Shown: positions 63,301-64,000 of the stretch, one piece after another
How the letters are laid out: every line of letters begins with the position of its first letter
How positions within the stretch are numbered: position 1 is the first letter of the stretch
From: Leucoraja ocellata
Lineage: Eukaryota
Reading direction: 5' to 3'
Assembly: GCA_036785375.1 (NCBI GenBank)
Contig: JAWMAR010000061.1
Coordinates: 6,882,001-6,946,000 of the forward strand
DNA length: 64,000 bases
Position numbers and translations under genes: made by a program
Notes under the pieces: model-generated
What the model was told of the DNA's origin: nothing
Databases searched by the model: none
Seen by the model: the letters and a program-made list of their open reading frames with translations, nothing else

Positions 63301-64000
63301 TCATGGCTGTTCATCCAAAATCAGTACCCTGTTCTGTTTTTCCCCCCATATCTAACTCTCTTGAAAACAGGAAGGAACTGCAGATAGACACAAAAAGCTG
63401 GAGTAATTCAACGGACAGGCATCTCTGGAGTGAAGGAATGCGTGACGTTTTGTTTAGTTTAGTTTAGCTTAGAGATACAGCATGGAAATAGGCATTTCAA
63501 CCCACCGAGAACATGCCTATCAGCGATCTCCGTACAATAGCACTGTCCTACACACTAGGGACAATTTACAATTTCACCAAGCCAATTAACCTACAAACTT
63601 GTTTGGCCTTGGAGTGTGGAAGGAAAACCTGGGGAAAAAAACCCACGCGGTCATGGGGAGAACGTACAAACGGTCAGCACCTGTAGTCAGGATCGAACCT
63701 GGGTCTCTGGCGCTGTAAGGCAGCAACTCTACCGCTGCACCACCTAAATAGCCTGTTAAAAAATAGTTTTATTATTATTTCCAGACAATTGTTCATTCTC
63801 AATGCTTTCTATCTAAGAGCTAAAGAGAGGACATCATTTAATATTACTCATCTATTTCTATTTGCTTTCACCTTTTTATTTTTTAGATCTTTCATCGAGA
63901 TCTCTAACAACTGCTTGTCAAAAGATCAGATAGAAAAGGTGATGGAGTCAATGTTCAAAGAAGCTGGATTTGAAAATAAGGAGGAGTTAATGTGGGAAGA
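27253..64000 (+). CDS. DUOX: Dual oxidase (DUOX1/2-like NADPH oxidase), 5' part: signal peptide, peroxidase-homology domain, first TM helix, EF-hands; continues past window end
   Basis: 20 exons joined by AG/GT with consistent phases, 2768 coding nt in the window. Hallmarks: [59 protein letters not shown]-hands [12 protein letters not shown] and [16 protein letters not shown]1 versus DUOX2 orthology cannot be decided from this window. Confidence 0.97.
27602..27683. repeat. CT-rich low-complexity tract
   Basis: (CT)n/(CTT)n pyrimidine run. Confidence 0.85.
28338..28788. mobile_element. hAT (Charlie-like) MITE
   Basis: TIR CAGTGGTTCC(T/C)AAC; 8-bp TSD CTCTACA(C/G). Confidence 0.8.
28921..28936. 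promoter_or_regulatory. Perfect palindromic RFX X-box in a CpG-rich patch of a DUOX intron
   Basis: CGTTGCCATGGCAACG, 16-bp palindrome containing the consensus GTTGCCATGGCAAC. Confidence 0.65.
30307..30384 (+). CDS. DUOX: DUOX coding exon 2
   Basis: tttag|ATGCC...GTCG|gtaagt; [25 protein letters not shown]. Confidence 0.95.
31203..31484. mobile_element. Foldback of Penelope terminal repeats with 3x34-bp internal tandem
   Basis: Inverted arms; TSD CATGGAACAGT at 31192-31202 and 31485-31495. Confidence 0.8.
32026..32190 (+). CDS. DUOX: DUOX coding exon 3
   Basis: [32 protein letters not shown]...[10 protein letters not shown]; AG/GT. Confidence 0.95.
33686..33970. repeat. Tandem array, about 4 x 66 bp, of a Penelope terminal-repeat segment
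   Basis: Unit CAGAGTGCTGGAGTAACTCAG...GGTGACGTTTCA recurs at 33752, 33818 and 33884. Confidence 0.9.
34520..35280 (-). mobile_element. L1-clade LINE 3' fragment
   Basis: ORF2 C-terminal-like [15 protein letters not shown]...LILKFWK...W; AATAAA and A-rich tail at about 34520-34550. Confidence 0.7.
36030..36456 (-). mobile_element. CR1 LINE 3' fragment
   Basis: CATAGAAA tail repeats; reverse homolog of the 3' part of 24410-25311. Confidence 0.85.
36750..37103 (-). mobile_element. 5'-truncated Penelope-like element: GIY-YIG C-terminus, 3' UTR and hammerhead-bearing terminal repeat
   Basis: Minus frame 37079-36954 [41 protein letters not shown]; hammerhead motif 36841-36814; 14-bp TSD AGTATCATTGCATG at 36736-36749 and 37104-37117. 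Confidence 0.85.
38139..38166 (+). ncRNA. Minimal hammerhead motif, sense to DUOX intron
   Basis: CTGAAGAAGGGTCTCGACCCGAAACGTC. Confidence 0.6.
39223..39400 (+). mobile_element. 3' end of an Ingi/Vingi-like (I-group) LINE
   Basis: Frameshifted C-terminal CCHC knuckle [21 protein letters not shown]...[13 protein letters not shown]; tail ATACGACAGAAGAAG; TSD AGGAAAC at 39216-39222 and 39401-39407. Confidence 0.65.
39884..40126. mobile_element. Foldback of Penelope terminal repeats
   Basis: Inverted arms; TSD CTGCTCATCTAAC at 39871-39883 and 40127-40139. Confidence 0.8.
41069..41256 (+). CDS. DUOX: DUOX coding exon 4
   Basis: [33 protein letters not shown]...[11 protein letters not shown]; AG/GT. 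Confidence 0.95.
42231..42474. mobile_element. Foldback of Penelope terminal repeats
   Basis: Inverted arms; TSD AGTTTAAGAAAGA at 42218-42230 and 42475-42487. Confidence 0.8.
42615..43062 (-). mobile_element. CR1 LINE 3' fragment
   Basis: Reverse homolog of the same subfamily. Confidence 0.85.
43238..43439 (+). CDS. DUOX: DUOX coding exon 5
   Basis: [30 protein letters not shown]...GLQGLY; AG/GT. Confidence 0.95.
43541..43719. mobile_element. hAT-like MITE with internal GGGGCCCACTT tandem expansion
   Basis: TIR CAGTGGCGGACTGG; TSD CTTGTAA(G/C); shorter copy at 61085-61194 nested in a SINE. Confidence 0.8.
43820..44146 (+). mobile_element. CR1 LINE 3' fragment(s)
   Basis: Same 3' UTR and tail, ending about 45 nt before a DUOX acceptor. 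Confidence 0.8.
44194..44360 (+). CDS. DUOX: DUOX coding exon 6
   Basis: [24 protein letters not shown]...[16 protein letters not shown]; AG/GT. Confidence 0.95.
44665..44846. mobile_element. Foldback of Penelope terminal repeats
   Basis: Inverted arms; TSD CTAGGGATAGGG at 44653-44664 and 44847-44858. Confidence 0.8.
46928..47256 (+). mobile_element. tRNA-derived SINE (HE1/V-SINE-like), full length
   Basis: A-box TGGCGCAGCGG, B-box GGTTCGATCC, CR1-like 3' end, (CTAAA)n tail. Confidence 0.85.
47335..47362 (+). ncRNA. Minimal hammerhead motif, sense to DUOX intron
   Basis: CTGAAGAAGGGTTTCGGCCCGAAACGTC (UUCG loop variant). Confidence 0.65.
48890..48946. repeat. 3 x 18-bp tandem repeat
   Basis: Unit approx. 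CGTCTCCACTAATATAAC, directly 5' of family A copy 3. Confidence 0.8.
48949..49002 (+). ncRNA. Minimal HDV-like self-cleaving ribozyme fold (family A)
   Basis: P1 GGGGUGG/CCGCCC(A), P2 GAUUGCA/UACAAUC, P3 GCC/GGU, L3 UUCACGU, reduced P4 U-UUCG-A, J4/2 CGAA. Confidence 0.75.
48949..49094 (+). mobile_element. Short retroposon family A, copy 3, with HDV-like head
   Basis: TSD ACCTCCAG at 48941-48948 and 49095-49102; (GAA)4 tail. Confidence 0.85.
49558..49618 (+). CDS. DUOX: DUOX coding exon 7
   Basis: [20 protein letters not shown]; AG/GT. Confidence 0.93.
49718..49814 (+). CDS. DUOX: DUOX coding exon 8
   Basis: [32 protein letters not shown]; AG/GT. Confidence 0.95.
51089..51179 (+). CDS. DUOX: DUOX coding exon 9
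   Basis: [30 protein letters not shown]; AG/GT. Confidence 0.93.
51426..51723 (+). mobile_element. tRNA-derived SINE (HE1-like)
   Basis: Homolog of 46928-47256; further copies at about 15881-16172(-), 41300-41583(-), 55795-56085(-), 58058-58362(+), 60985-61410(-), 63450-63743(-). Confidence 0.85.
51884..51986 (+). CDS. DUOX: DUOX coding exon 10
   Basis: [34 protein letters not shown]; AG/GT. Confidence 0.95.
53070..53612 (-). mobile_element. CR1/L2-group (Crack/Daphne-like) LINE 3' fragment; short tails also at about 16205, 48290, 54460
   Basis: YKMLNG...SRRGHS...[16 protein letters not shown]; AACCAAG tail. Confidence 0.7.
53725..53752 (-). ncRNA. Minimal hammerhead motif (antisense)
   Basis: Exact reverse complement of CTGAAGAAGGGTCTCGACCCGAAACGTC. 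Confidence 0.65.
53797..53969 (+). CDS. DUOX: DUOX coding exon 11
   Basis: [30 protein letters not shown]...NPE; AG/GT. Confidence 0.94.
54178..54436. mobile_element. Foldback of Penelope terminal repeats
   Basis: Inverted arms of the same repeat; AAATATATAC on both flanks. Confidence 0.75.
54975..55002 (+). ncRNA. Minimal hammerhead motif, sense to DUOX intron
   Basis: CTGAAGAAGGGTCTCGACCCGAAACGTC. Confidence 0.65.
55473..55648 (+). CDS. DUOX: DUOX coding exon 12
   Basis: [25 protein letters not shown]...[19 protein letters not shown]; AG/GT. Confidence 0.95.
56297..56415 (+). CDS. DUOX: DUOX coding exon 13
   Basis: [23 protein letters not shown]...[11 protein letters not shown]; AG/GT. 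Confidence 0.93.
56637..56774 (+). CDS. DUOX: DUOX coding exon 14 (start of TM helix)
   Basis: [18 protein letters not shown]...[21 protein letters not shown]; AG/GT. Confidence 0.95.
56901..57462 (+). mobile_element. CR1 LINE 3' fragment, nearly identical to 24750-25311
   Basis: [37 protein letters not shown]... Confidence 0.9.
57870..57983 (+). CDS. DUOX: DUOX coding exon 15
   Basis: [29 protein letters not shown]...; AG/GT. Confidence 0.92.
58872..59115. mobile_element. Foldback of Penelope terminal repeats
   Basis: Inverted arms produce mirror-image spurious ORFs on both strands. Confidence 0.75.
59154..59577 (+). mobile_element. CR1 LINE 3' fragment
   Basis: [15 protein letters not shown]...[11 protein letters not shown]; tail. 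Confidence 0.85.
59605..59807 (+). CDS. DUOX: DUOX coding exon 16
   Basis: SEWQGPKD...[13 protein letters not shown]; AG/GT. Confidence 0.94.
60407..60592 (+). CDS. DUOX: DUOX coding exon 17
   Basis: [14 protein letters not shown]...[21 protein letters not shown]; AG/GT. Confidence 0.95.
61929..62154 (+). CDS. DUOX: DUOX coding exon 18 (EF-hand 1)
   Basis: ...[15 protein letters not shown]...[32 protein letters not shown]; AG/GT. Confidence 0.96.
62318..62345 (-). ncRNA. Minimal hammerhead motif (antisense)
   Basis: Exact reverse complement of CTGAAGAAGGGTCTCGACCCGAAACGTC. Confidence 0.65.
63030..63123 (+). CDS. DUOX: DUOX coding exon 19 (EF-hand 2)
   Basis: [30 protein letters not shown]; AG/GT. 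Confidence 0.95.
63887..64000 (+). CDS. DUOX: DUOX coding exon 20 (truncated by window end)
   Basis: ttttag|ATCTTTC; [37 protein letters not shown]. Confidence 0.95.

Overview
Vertebrate genomic DNA, most likely a cartilaginous fish (skate/ray type, inferred from tRNA-headed HE1-like SINEs, CR1/HER1-like LINE tails and Penelope-type terminal repeats). It has two intron-containing genes, both on +: the last four coding exons of REC114 (7696-15540) and the first 20 coding exons of a dual oxidase DUOX (ATG 27253, running off the window end, about 922 aa seen). I found no DUOXA head-to-head with this DUOX. Introns and intergenic DNA are packed with retroelements and MITEs, with one 428-N gap. The most striking unannotated signal is self-cleaving-ribozyme structure in the repeats. 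(i) A ~140-bp (GAA)n-tailed retroposon, 3 copies with TSDs, begins exactly with a minimal HDV-like ribozyme fold. (ii) A second ~170-bp element has an HDV-like head that closely resembles the mammalian CPEB3 ribozyme. (iii) Many Penelope-derived minimal hammerhead motifs occur, often as TSD-flanked foldbacks. Ribozyme calls come from manual folding and activity is untested.
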